Below the pieces are notes generated by a model that made no database searches, was not told the DNA's origin, and was given only the letters and a program-made list of their open reading frames with translations. From Thiothrix sp. (GTDB lineage: Bacteria > Pseudomonadota > Gammaproteobacteria > Thiotrichales > Thiotrichaceae), in NCBI GenBank assembly GCA_008015155.1, contig SSFA01000010.1, positions 9,191 to 73,190 on the forward strand: DNA of 64,000 nt, read 5' to 3'. Both the position numbers and the translations under genes were made by a program. The stretch's first letter is position 1; each line of letters starts with the position of its first letter. Shown here piece after piece: positions 26,769 to 35,501 of the stretch.

Positions 26769-27029
26769 ATGGGTATTTTAGACTATTTTCGTACCCCGAA
26801 GCCTAAAACCGCTCAAGTGGCTAAAGAGCGCTTACAAATCTTGATCGCCCATGAGCGTATTGATCGCAATGGCCCAGATTTCCTGCCTCAGTTGCGGAAT
26901 GACATTATGAATGTCATTCGTAAGTATGTGCCTATTGACGACAAAGATGTGAATGTTCATCTTGAGCGCGTCAATGATTGTGAGGTTTTAGAGTTAAATA
27001 TTGCTTTACCTGATCGCACCACTCAATAG
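26769..27029 (+). CDS. minE: Cell division topological specificity factor MinE
   Basis: This 86-aa ORF sits directly after minD. It has the conserved N-terminus (F....K.TA..AKERLQI). Confidence 0.93.
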   Translation: MGILDYFRTPKPKTAQVAKERLQILIAHERIDRNGPDFLPQLRNDIMNVIRKYVPIDDKDVNVHLERVNDCEVLELNIALPDRTTQ

Positions 27030-27065
27030 GTGCGATTTACTGCTTCTAAGCTAAGCTAAGCTATG

Positions 27066-27569
27066 CTATTTAGCTTGTTCACTTTGAATAAAATCAATCA
27101 CATCTTGTGCAATAATCGCTCCGGATTCAACGCCTTTTAATTCGCCCTGCGGGTTATAGATCATTAGCGCAGGCGTACCAATCAATGCTTGTTCCCCCTG
27201 TTTTGTTAAAAAGTGATCTAATTCAAGAGTGCTGGTTAACAGAGTAGGAAAGTTAATTTGATGTTTTTTAATAAAACCTTGAGCTAGCTGCCGCCCTGCA
27301 ATTTGGCCTGCATCGCCATCCAGAGAAATCCCAATTAAATTAGCTTGGGGGTAACGTGCTTTAAAGTCCTTCATATAAAACACGCCATCAGGACAATAGG
27401 GACAGTCGGATGACCAAACTTCGAACACAGTCCACTTACCTTGACCCACATAATCCTTAAGCTCTACCGTTTTACCTTGTAAATCAGTAAAGGCTTGTAG
27501 GTTGGCACTTAGGCTAAGTAAGCCCATGAAACTGAGAATTTTAAGCTGTTTAGCTAAAGCCTTAAGCAT
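27066..27569 (-). CDS. Thioredoxin-fold thiol:disulfide oxidoreductase (TlpA/ResA-like), periplasmic
   Basis: It has a signal peptide and a WSSDCPYCP (CxxC) motif. GAGGA lies 5 nt upstream of ATG 27569. Confidence 0.7.
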   Translation of the reverse strand: MLKALAKQLKILSFMGLLSLSANLQAFTDLQGKTVELKDYVGQGKWTVFEVWSSDCPYCPDGVFYMKDFKARYPQANLIGISLDGDAGQIAGRQLAQGFIKKHQINFPTLLTSTLELDHFLTKQGEQALIGTPALMIYNPQGELKGVESGAIIAQDVIDFIQSEQAK

Positions 27570-27577
27570 ATCTGTCC

Positions 27578-28075
27578 TCAAGATTTTTGCTCTTTCTTAA
27601 TAAAAGCGACTAACTCGTCAGCAGTCACGGGGCCCGGCTGCACAGCGATTAACTTCCCTTGGGGGTTAAACACTAACATGGTCGGTGTACCATAGAGATC
27701 TTCTCCAGCGGCTTTATTTAAATAAGCGTTCATTTCGCCTAAATCACTGAGTAGATTAGGAAAGTCTAACTGGTACTGTTGTACAAAAGCTTGGGCTGCC
27801 GCTTTGCCTGCTTGGCCATCAATAGAAATTCCATAGACTGCAGCATCAGGAAAGCTAACTTCAAAATCGCTCAAATAATGAATCGTTTGGCGGCAGACAT
27901 GGCAATCGGAGGCCCAGATTTTCATCACAGTCCATTTGCCTTTGCCGACGATATTTTCTAACTTAACGGGTTGACCCTGCAGATCAGTCATGGCAGCAGC
28001 AGGCGTGGTGATTAGCAGCCAAGTACACAGAAGTGTGATAATACTTAGCATTTGAGTGGCGAGCCGTTTATTCAT
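27578..28075 (-). CDS. Thioredoxin-fold thiol:disulfide oxidoreductase paralogue, periplasmic
   Basis: It is a paralogue of the downstream gene, sharing GKGKWTV, FPNLL/FPTLL and GTPT/GTPA. Its active site is WASDCHVCR. ATG 28075 lies inside the ORF that opens at TTG 28081. Confidence 0.7.
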   Translation of the reverse strand: MNKRLATQMLSIITLLCTWLLITTPAAAMTDLQGQPVKLENIVGKGKWTVMKIWASDCHVCRQTIHYLSDFEVSFPDAAVYGISIDGQAGKAAAQAFVQQYQLDFPNLLSDLGEMNAYLNKAAGEDLYGTPTMLVFNPQGKLIAVQPGPVTADELVAFIKKEQKS

Positions 28076-28156
28076 GCACAATACCTATCTTAAATTTCAC
28101 AAAGCACTATTACGTAAGTCGCATCGCACTAGATGCATGGGTTGTAGGGTAAATCT

Positions 28157-29476
28157 ATGACCAGTACTGCTTCTAGCCTTGGTCAGTTAGTGGATGCCAA
28201 TATACTCTTGATTGTGGCACTGTGCATGTTTCTGCTGGGCATAGGGGTAGCCTTTCTCATCTATAACCGGCCACTTCAACAAGCTCGTCAAGAAGTTGAG
28301 CGCTTAAAGCTACAATTGCAATCAGAAGAGCAATTACACGAAGAGCGCTTACGTATGCTTGAAGATGCGCAAGACAAACTACATAACACGTTTGCAGCAG
28401 CCTCTCAGCGGGCTTTGCGGGAAAATAATCAGCAGTTCTTGCAACTGGCTCAGGAAAGCATGCGGCGCTTTCAATCAGAGTCGCAGGCGGATTTAGACCA
28501 GCGCAAGCAGTCAATTCAATACCTACTCGAACCGATTCGTTCAGCTTTAGAAAAAACTGAGCAGCAAATTCAAACCATTGAAAAAGACCGACATGCCTCC
28601 TTTGGCGCCTTGGGCGAACAACTAAGACATTTAAGTTTAGACCAATTGGCTTTACGGCAGGAGGCTAATAAATTATCCGCTGCTTTGCGCAATCCGGGCA
28701 TGCGTGGCGAATGGGGTGAATTGACGCTAAAGCGTATCGTTGAAATGGCAGGGATGGTCGAGTATTGCGATTTTATGGAGCAAGTGCAACGCAGTAATGA
28801 AGAGCGCACCATTCGTCCTGATATGGTGATTCGCATGCCAGATAAGCGTGAGTTAGTGATTGATGCGAAAACCCCCATGGATGCTTATATGGATGCAGCG
28901 CAAACGGCGAGTGATCAGGAGCGTGCTCAGCATTTGCAGCGCTATGCACGGCATGTACGTGAGCATGTAAAGCTCTTATCAGCCAAACGCTATTGGGAGC
29001 AATTTGAGGGTGCTCCCGATTTTGTAGTGCTGTTTATGCCGGGTGAACAATTCTTAGGCGCTGCGCTAGAACATGACAAAAGCTTAATGAACGATGCATT
29101 GGAAGCTAAAGTTATACTCTCCACACCTGCTACACTCATGGCTTTGCTAAGAGCGGTCGCGTTTGGTTGGCAGCAAGCGATCTTAACCGAGAATGCGACA
29201 CGAATTCGTGATGTGGGAACGGAACTCCATAAGCGCTTATCGATTCTAAGCAGCCATGCTGAACGTTTAGGCAAGCATTTAGAGGCTAGCGTTGATAGTT
29301 ACAATCGCTTTTTAGGGTCGATGGAGCGTAGTGTGTTGCCCAGTGCCAAACGCTTAGCTGAACTAGGTATTGAGTCAGGGCGAGCCTTGCCGGAGATGAC
29401 TCCATTAGAAACTAGCCCAAGAACCCCAATGCAAACAGCCCTGGATTTAACTGAAGACTTGCTAGACCAGCATTGA
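28157..29476 (+). CDS. rmuC: DNA recombination protein RmuC (membrane-anchored, coiled coil plus PD-(D/E)xK-like nuclease domain)
   Basis: This 439-aa ORF has an N-terminal TM helix, a coiled coil and RmuC core motifs (RGEWGELTLKRIVE, PDMVIRMPDKRELVIDAKTP). Confidence 0.9.
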   Translation: MTSTASSLGQLVDANILLIVALCMFLLGIGVAFLIYNRPLQQARQEVERLKLQLQSEEQLHEERLRMLEDAQDKLHNTFAAASQRALRENNQQFLQLAQESMRRFQSESQADLDQRKQSIQYLLEPIRSALEKTEQQIQTIEKDRHASFGALGEQLRHLSLDQLALRQEANKLSAALRNPGMRGEWGELTLKRIVEMAGMVEYCDFMEQVQRSNEERTIRPDMVIRMPDKRELVIDAKTPMDAYMDAAQTASDQERAQHLQRYARHVREHVKLLSAKRYWEQFEGAPDFVVLFMPGEQFLGAALEHDKSLMNDALEAKVILSTPATLMALLRAVAFGWQQAILTENATRIRDVGTELHKRLSILSSHAERLGKHLEASVDSYNRFLGSMERSVLPSAKRLAELGIESGRALPEMTPLETSPRTPMQTALDLTEDLLDQH

Positions 29477-29561
29477 CAATGAGGCAACTCAGAGCAGCAA
29501 CGGCGTTTAGTACGATGAACTGGAAGCGTCGATTATCTTTTAACCTCAGTAGGAAGCTATC

Positions 29562-30554
29562 TTGAAACCCGTAAAAGCACGAGCTTACAACTCCTTATTC
29601 TTGATGGTTGGCCTGTTATTGCTAACCAGCATCCTGATTTTCCTTTTTAAAGATGTCCTAACGCCCTTTTTCTATTCTAAGCAACTAGGCGTTTTAGGCA
29701 TCATTTTGAATTTGGGGATTGTAGCCTTATTCCTGATGGGCTTAGTTCGGATGATGGCCTTATTTATTAGCTATGCACATGAAGAAGAAGAATTAGAGCG
29801 TTTTGTGGAAAGGGTAAAAGATAACGCCGCTAATCCCCTTCATAAATTAGATAGTAAGACGCTGATTGTACAACGAGTGAATGCATTACAAGTTCTTTAT
29901 GATCAAAATGCAGAAATCAACCAAGGTTCTTTAGGTGCGATTGTAGCAGCCGGTGAATCGGCGCGTTTTACGCTAGTGCGTTTTGTGCACAATATTTTGA
30001 TTATTTCGGGTGTCTTTGGGACTGTAGTTTCATTGTCAGTAGCGCTTTTTAATGCAGAAGGTTTACTCAATACACCGGATGATTTACAGAAAATGGGCGC
30101 TATCTTAGGTGGAATGTCGACTGCTTTAAAAACCACTATTACCGCGATTTTATGCTATGCCGCTTTCTCTTATTTTCATTTACGCTTGCAGGATATTCGT
30201 ACACAGCTTCTAGCTAATTTGGAGCAAGTCACGACTTTGTATATCATGCCGCATTTCCGCACGACTGAAGTGAGTATTCTGAACGATGTTTCTATACTCA
30301 CTACTGAGCTGCGCCAAGCTGCTGAAGCAGTGACTAAGATTCAGGAGCGCTTCTTACAGGCTGGTGATCGCCTGCAATTAGCTGTGGACGATTTGCAAGG
30401 CCAGATTAGTACGATTGGCCATGCGCTTGCACGGACAGTCGAAACTAATAGTGAAGATTTAAGGGTGATTCGCGAATCGATTCGGGAGGGCTTCCGTCTA
30501 GATGAGAGACCCCATACGCCTAGCTTACCCAAAACTTCTTTGCTTGGTCGGTAG
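29562..30554 (+). CDS. MotA/TolQ/ExbB-family proton-channel protein (4 TM, helical C-terminal tail)
   Basis: It has two N-terminal TM helices and then a TM pair, ILIISGVFGTVVSLSVALF and GGMSTALKTTITAILCYAAFSYFH. These resemble the GLFGTV.G and EAL.TT..GL...IP....YN motifs of ExbB/MotA. The TTG start is preceded by AGGAAG at a spacing of 5 nt. Confidence 0.65.
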   Translation: MKPVKARAYNSLFLMVGLLLLTSILIFLFKDVLTPFFYSKQLGVLGIILNLGIVALFLMGLVRMMALFISYAHEEEELERFVERVKDNAANPLHKLDSKTLIVQRVNALQVLYDQNAEINQGSLGAIVAAGESARFTLVRFVHNILIISGVFGTVVSLSVALFNAEGLLNTPDDLQKMGAILGGMSTALKTTITAILCYAAFSYFHLRLQDIRTQLLANLEQVTTLYIMPHFRTTEVSILNDVSILTTELRQAAEAVTKIQERFLQAGDRLQLAVDDLQGQISTIGHALARTVETNSEDLRVIRESIREGFRLDERPHTPSLPKTSLLGR

Positions 30555-30561
30555 GTGAGTG

Positions 30562-31527
30562 ATGCATCAGCAAAATAATACGCTCCTGCAAATTCAGGAT
30601 ACTCATGAAGAGAATTTCTGGCCCTCATTCAGTGATGTCATGATGGTCATTCTCATGACATTTTTGCTGGTGACGGTTGCGGTCTTGCTGTCGAACACGC
30701 GCTTATTACAGGATTTGCGCTCAAATATTGCCGCTAAAGACCAAGCGCGCCTAATGGCAGCGAGCACGCTTAAAGAGAATGCGACTTTGGAAGAGCAGCT
30801 GGATTACTATCGTCGTCAACTCAGCTCAACTGAAACTGAATTAATGCGTAGTGAGGCCCTAGTAGAGAAAACGCAGACGCAACTCAAAGAAGCGAAAACC
30901 TTGGCGGCTACTCAGGCAAGCAATTTAGCAGCGCGTACTACTGAGCTACAAGCAGTACAAGCTAACCTCAACACTGTCTCAGCGACTAGTGAACGTTTAC
31001 AGACAGAGTTGACCCAAACCAAACAAGCTCAAGAGGCTGAAGCGACCCAATTACGTACTGAGCTCAAACAAGTTCAAGAGACTCTTTCTAAGTCACAAGC
31101 AGAAAATCTCGAGAAAGAGACCACTTTAACCAGTTTACGCACGCAGATTGAAGAAAACCGCAAAGAACTAGAAAGCCTAGAGGGCGATTATTCGCAGTTG
31201 GATCAAAAATACCAAAAGCTACTTAAACCCTCGCGCTCGAGTAAAGGTAAAAAAGTCGTAGAGGTCATGTATACCAGTGCAGGCTATAGTATTCGCAAGC
31301 CCGGTGATGCTAGTTATCAAAGTGTAGGCCTAAGCCAGTTAAACAGTGCTTTAAGTGATTTAAAGCTTAATCATGGCAATGAGTTATATGTAAAGATCGT
31401 GATTCCATCTAATAGTGGTTTATCTTATAACCAGGCCTGGGCCTTCACTCGGGATACCTTGGCTAAATATGATTATTACTATCAAGAAGATAACAGTGTG
31501 CCAGCAGCTACTGCTGAAGAGGAATAG
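30562..31527 (+). CDS. MotB/ExbD/TolR-like single-pass membrane protein with a long coiled coil and a small C-terminal domain
   Basis: The N-terminus FWPSFSDVMMVILMTFLLV parallels ExbD (TPFIDVMLVLLIIFMV) and MotB (IAYADFMTAMMAFFLV), including the conserved channel Asp. Roughly residues 50-215 are heptad-rich (Q/E/L/T). The last ~90 aa form a compact domain. A GTG at 30559 is an alternative start. Confidence 0.6.
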   Translation: MHQQNNTLLQIQDTHEENFWPSFSDVMMVILMTFLLVTVAVLLSNTRLLQDLRSNIAAKDQARLMAASTLKENATLEEQLDYYRRQLSSTETELMRSEALVEKTQTQLKEAKTLAATQASNLAARTTELQAVQANLNTVSATSERLQTELTQTKQAQEAEATQLRTELKQVQETLSKSQAENLEKETTLTSLRTQIEENRKELESLEGDYSQLDQKYQKLLKPSRSSKGKKVVEVMYTSAGYSIRKPGDASYQSVGLSQLNSALSDLKLNHGNELYVKIVIPSNSGLSYNQAWAFTRDTLAKYDYYYQEDNSVPAATAEEE

Positions 31528-31546
31528 AGGAAGAACTCAAGTTAGT

Positions 31547-31577
31547 CTAGGCAGGCTCGACGTTTGAGCCTGCCTAG
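31547..31577. terminator. Perfect 12-bp hairpin between convergent genes (stator B gene and amtB)
   Basis: The arm ctaggcaggctc (31547-31558) pairs with gagcctgcctag (31566-31577) around a 7-nt loop. No strong U-run follows on either strand. Confidence 0.45.
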
Positions 31578-31589
31578 CAGTTGAGAAGT

Positions 31590-32783
31590 TTAAAGATCAG
31601 GATTCGCTTTAATCTTATGAATCGACAAGTCAGCACCGTTGTACTCTTCTTCTTGAGTCAAACGTAAGCCTACGGTTTTTTTCAAAAGGCCATAAACTAT
31701 AAAGCCTGCCACAACAGCAATAACAATACCCAGCAAGGTTCCAGCAACTTGACTCATAAAGCTCACACCACCCATGCCGCCAAAGGCTTCTAAACCGAAG
31801 ATACCAGCAGCTATGCCGCCCCAAGCACCACATAAACCGTGCAATGGCCATACCCCTAACACATCATCAATCCGCCATTTATTTTGTGCAGCGGTGAAGG
31901 CCCAGACAAAGATCGCAGCAGCGACAACACCAACCACTAAAGCGCCCAAGGGATGCATAATATCGGAGCCTGCACAGACGGCGACCAAACCTGCTAATGG
32001 GCCATTATGTACGAAGCCGGGATCGTTTTTACCAAGGACAATGGCGGCTAAAATCCCACCTACCATCGCCATTAAGGAATTGATGGCCACTAAGCCGCTA
32101 ATGCCTTGCACGGCTTGCGCAGACATGACATTGAAGCCAAACCAGCCGACGGTGAGTGTCCAAGCGCCTAGAGCTAGGAAAGGAATATTGGAAGGTGGAT
32201 GGGCAGACATAGGCTTGCCTTGCTTATTGTAGCGTCCATAACGTGCACCCAATAAAACTACAGCGCCTAAAGCAATCCAGCCGCCCATCGCATGGACGAC
32301 GACTGAGCCAGCAAAGTCATGAAATTTTGCACCAAACAGCGATTCAAACGCAGCTTGAATGCCAAAGTTACCATTCCAAGCAATACCCTCGAAAAAGGGA
32401 TAAACCAAAGCTACTAAAATAAAAGTGGCTGCTAGTTGGGGATGGAATTTAGCCCGCTCTGCAATCCCACCAGAAATAATAGCGGGAATCGCTGCTGCAA
32501 AGGTTAGGAGGAAAAAGAATTTAACTAAGCCGAAGCCATTATTCGCAGCTAGTTCATGCGCACTATGAAAAAAGCCAGTTTGGTAAGCAACATAATAGCC
32601 GATGAAAAAGTAAGCAATCGTGGACATTGCAAAGTCAGCAATAATCTTCACTAAAGCATTCACTTGGTTTTTATGCCGGACTGTCCCGACCTCCAAAAAT
32701 GCGAAGCCTGCATGCATGGCTAATACCATGACAGCACCGATTAATACAAAGAGCGTATCTAGAGCGGGAACTAACTGCTCCAT
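31590..32783 (-). CDS. amtB: Ammonium transporter (Amt family)
   Basis: This 397-aa polytopic protein has Amt signatures (DFAGS.VVH..GG and the twin-His context). Confidence 0.92.
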   Translation of the reverse strand: MEQLVPALDTLFVLIGAVMVLAMHAGFAFLEVGTVRHKNQVNALVKIIADFAMSTIAYFFIGYYVAYQTGFFHSAHELAANNGFGLVKFFFLLTFAAAIPAIISGGIAERAKFHPQLAATFILVALVYPFFEGIAWNGNFGIQAAFESLFGAKFHDFAGSVVVHAMGGWIALGAVVLLGARYGRYNKQGKPMSAHPPSNIPFLALGAWTLTVGWFGFNVMSAQAVQGISGLVAINSLMAMVGGILAAIVLGKNDPGFVHNGPLAGLVAVCAGSDIMHPLGALVVGVVAAAIFVWAFTAAQNKWRIDDVLGVWPLHGLCGAWGGIAAGIFGLEAFGGMGGVSFMSQVAGTLLGIVIAVVAGFIVYGLLKKTVGLRLTQEEEYNGADLSIHKIKANPDL

Positions 32784-33087
32784 GTGAAAAGACCTCTTAA
32801 GCTAGATGCGGAAAGTGTCCTCATCTTATGCAGCTCAAGAGTCTTGACTAGTAGCCTAGCGCACAAAGATAGTGATTTTTCGAAAAAAACTAAATTTTTT
32901 GGTAAAACTAGGCAAATATCGGTTTGTTTTGGTGCTTAAATGACTAAATGCACTTTTTTGGAATTTTTAATGCATTATTTAAGTGCATCGTTAAAAGGTG
33001 GGATTTATCTGAGCAAAGGGGGCTATTTTTAGGTGTAAAGCGCCTATAATGTACAAGTTGAGTGTCACCTCCGCATAGGTATGAAAT

Positions 33088-34155
33088 ATGGATATCGCTA
33101 CTCCCACTGCGCGTCGCTCGCTACGTGAACCCATTGCTGCGTTAGCGCTATTTATCGGCGGTCTAGCGTGGATTGCTGCTTTTTGGTTTCCGAGCTTCTA
33201 TACCAGTCAAGGATCGGTTGAAGGTTATTGGGTGTTTGCTACCGGTTGGATGGGCTTCGCGATTTTCCAATTTGCTTGGTATGCAAATTTATTGATGCTG
33301 CTTGGCATCGTTCTAATGTATAGCTCTCCGCTTTGGGGATCGACCTTAGCTGGTTTTGCGATGTTAGTCGCAACCCAAGCTTTCTGGTTTAACTCTATTC
33401 CTACTGGCGAAGTCGATCTACCCATTTTACAGCTGGGTCAGGGTTTCTGGTGCTGGTACGGTAGTATTATTATGCTTGGGATAGGCGTGTTTTTAGGTTC
33501 TGAGCATACTGAAGCAGAAAAAAATCAAACCACTAAACATAAATCCCAGTCTGAGAGTAAACCACAGCTTAAAAGGCTTCACCAAAGCTCTGAGCCAACA
33601 CTTATTCTAAATAAAAATGCTTTAAGCCCAATCATCTTAAGCGATCAGCCTAAAGTCTCTGGCACTACTGAACCAGTCTACGACGCGGTTATTAGCCAGA
33701 CTGCCCCAGCCATGGTGGCTAATACATCAGTTGCTAGTGTGCTAGAACAAGAGCTAAATCCGGATAGTGTAGTTGTAACTAAGGTTGTAGATCCCACTGA
33801 ATCACAGCCCATTAATGCCCCGACGTTTGCAGTAGTGCCTGAGCCGGAATTACCTGATTTTCCTGAGCTTACTGCTGCAAATGAGCAAGAGTATTTTCAA
33901 TTACCACATGAAGTAGCACTCAAACCGGTTTACACCGAGCACTTAGCTGAAGATTGGCCACCTAAAATGAGCTTAGTGGTCAATCCTGATCCGTTTACTA
34001 CAGATCGCCATTTAGACCCTTTAGATACTGAATTGTTAGCGGCAGTGGAGCAAGCGAATGCCACCGTTGCACCTAAAGTGGAGCCAACACCGCCTCAAGA
34101 TCCAAGAGGACATCAATATACAGTGACAGGTTTTTTTGATCCTTGGCGTACTTAA
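33088..34155 (+). CDS. Hypothetical membrane protein with an acidic/Pro-rich C-terminal half
   Basis: About four to five N-terminal TM helices are rich in W and F. A low-complexity tail follows. I recognise no family. Confidence 0.5.
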   Translation: MDIATPTARRSLREPIAALALFIGGLAWIAAFWFPSFYTSQGSVEGYWVFATGWMGFAIFQFAWYANLLMLLGIVLMYSSPLWGSTLAGFAMLVATQAFWFNSIPTGEVDLPILQLGQGFWCWYGSIIMLGIGVFLGSEHTEAEKNQTTKHKSQSESKPQLKRLHQSSEPTLILNKNALSPIILSDQPKVSGTTEPVYDAVISQTAPAMVANTSVASVLEQELNPDSVVVTKVVDPTESQPINAPTFAVVPEPELPDFPELTAANEQEYFQLPHEVALKPVYTEHLAEDWPPKMSLVVNPDPFTTDRHLDPLDTELLAAVEQANATVAPKVEPTPPQDPRGHQYTVTGFFDPWRT

Positions 34156-34205
34156 CTACTTGCTGATCCTGTCTATAAGGCAGGATCACGCTATTTAAAC
34201 TGAGC

Positions 34206-34826
34206 TTAAATCGTGCAAGCCTTAAGTTTCGCTTCTTTGCGTAAATCAGCAGCGACTTTGAATAATTCTTGAGCCTTGACTGGCTGTTGATTGCGTGCAT
34301 GGCTAGTTGCTTGACTTTCTAAGACTTTAATTTTCAAAGCCAACGTGTTGCAAGATTGATTGCTTAGTACAGGGCGGCTGCTCGTAGTAGTAGTTGAGGG
34401 AGGGCTAACACGAACGGGCGTTTGGGGTGTTGGCGTACTGGGGCGATTGTTAGACGTGGTCGTGTTACGCCGTAATTCAGCAAGGCGTTGTTGATCTGCT
34501 AAAGTTTGGGCACGTTGCTGTTCAATCAAGCGCTGATTAATCCTTGGCTGGCTCGGTGCAGGTATTGCTGGTCTGGCAACCGTAGTGCTAGGTGGCTGAG
34601 TCCGATTAGTTGCAGGAGGAGTAACTGGACGTGGCTGTTGCAGATTAGTTGGGCGTGTGCTCCCAGCTGGAGCAGGCCGAGTCGTGGCCACTGGCGCTAC
34701 TGGAGCGGGGCCTGGCATCATACTTCGATAGCAATAATAAGAGATGCTACAGTTTTCTGCGTAAACGGGGCTGGCTATCAAAGCACTGACTAAAGCAGTC
34801 AGGCCAAGCGAAGTTTGGAAACGCAT
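34206..34826 (-). CDS. Hypothetical secreted Pro/Thr-rich protein
   Basis: It has a signal peptide (MRFQTSLGLTALVSALIASPVYA), a P/T/R-rich core and a C-terminal helical segment bracketed by Cys residues. Confidence 0.5.
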   Translation of the reverse strand: MRFQTSLGLTALVSALIASPVYAENCSISYYCYRSMMPGPAPVAPVATTRPAPAGSTRPTNLQQPRPVTPPATNRTQPPSTTVARPAIPAPSQPRINQRLIEQQRAQTLADQQRLAELRRNTTTSNNRPSTPTPQTPVRVSPPSTTTTSSRPVLSNQSCNTLALKIKVLESQATSHARNQQPVKAQELFKVAADLRKEAKLKACTI

Positions 34827-34991
34827 GTCAGATTCCTTTCGGTTGGGGTTCGTAGGGTTTTTGACGCTATCAATTGGCAGAAGTTTACCAGATAGAACAG
34901 CTTTCTGCCTGCTTGAACAAGTGACTAGCTAGATTTTGTACGGGTTAAAGGCTGCTACTGTTTAGCCTAAGCTAAGGAGCAGCCTCGTTTA

Positions 34992-35483
34992 TTAGTGGTG
35001 ATGGTGGCCGCCCGGACCATGTGCATGACCGTGACTGAGTTCATCTTGAGTGGCTGCACGTACGTCCAACACCGTGACTTTAAAATTCAAAGTCTCACCC
35101 GCTAAAGGATGATTGCCATCAATCGTAATGACATCACCATCCACTGCAGTGATTACAATGGTTTGCATACCGGCATTCGTTTGAGCGTGGAATTGTGCGC
35201 CTGGTACTATATGTTCTGCATCAGCACCTGCAAACATAGAGCGCGGTACTTGTTGTTGGAGAGCGTCATCTTTAGGGCCATAAGCTTGTTCAGGCGGAAT
35301 GGTAACATCCAATTGGTCACCTTTTTGTTTGCCAGTTAAAGCATCTTCCAAGCCCGGAATAATATTATGAGCGCCATGTAAATAGACAAACGGTTGTTGA
35401 GCATCCGCTTGGTCGAGGGTTTCGCCCTGAGTATTGGTTAACACATAAGCCAAGGTGGCTACTGTATTGGGAGCAATTTGCAT
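34992..35483 (-). CDS. slyD: FKBP-type peptidyl-prolyl cis-trans isomerase SlyD
   Basis: DGNHPLAGETLNFKVTVLDVRAATQDELSHGHAHG and the His-rich tail GGHHHH parallel E. coli SlyD as I remember it. Confidence 0.9.
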   Translation of the reverse strand: MQIAPNTVATLAYVLTNTQGETLDQADAQQPFVYLHGAHNIIPGLEDALTGKQKGDQLDVTIPPEQAYGPKDDALQQQVPRSMFAGADAEHIVPGAQFHAQTNAGMQTIVITAVDGDVITIDGNHPLAGETLNFKVTVLDVRAATQDELSHGHAHGPGGHHHH

Positions 35484-35501
35484 GCAAAGTTTCCTTTAGA
35501 G

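Noticed and set aside
27048-27067. An (AAGCT)3-ATGCT pentanucleotide run lies between minE and the convergent thioredoxin-fold gene.
   Set aside because: It is very short (three units), intergenic, and overlaps only a stop codon. It is most likely a chance microsatellite without functional consequence.
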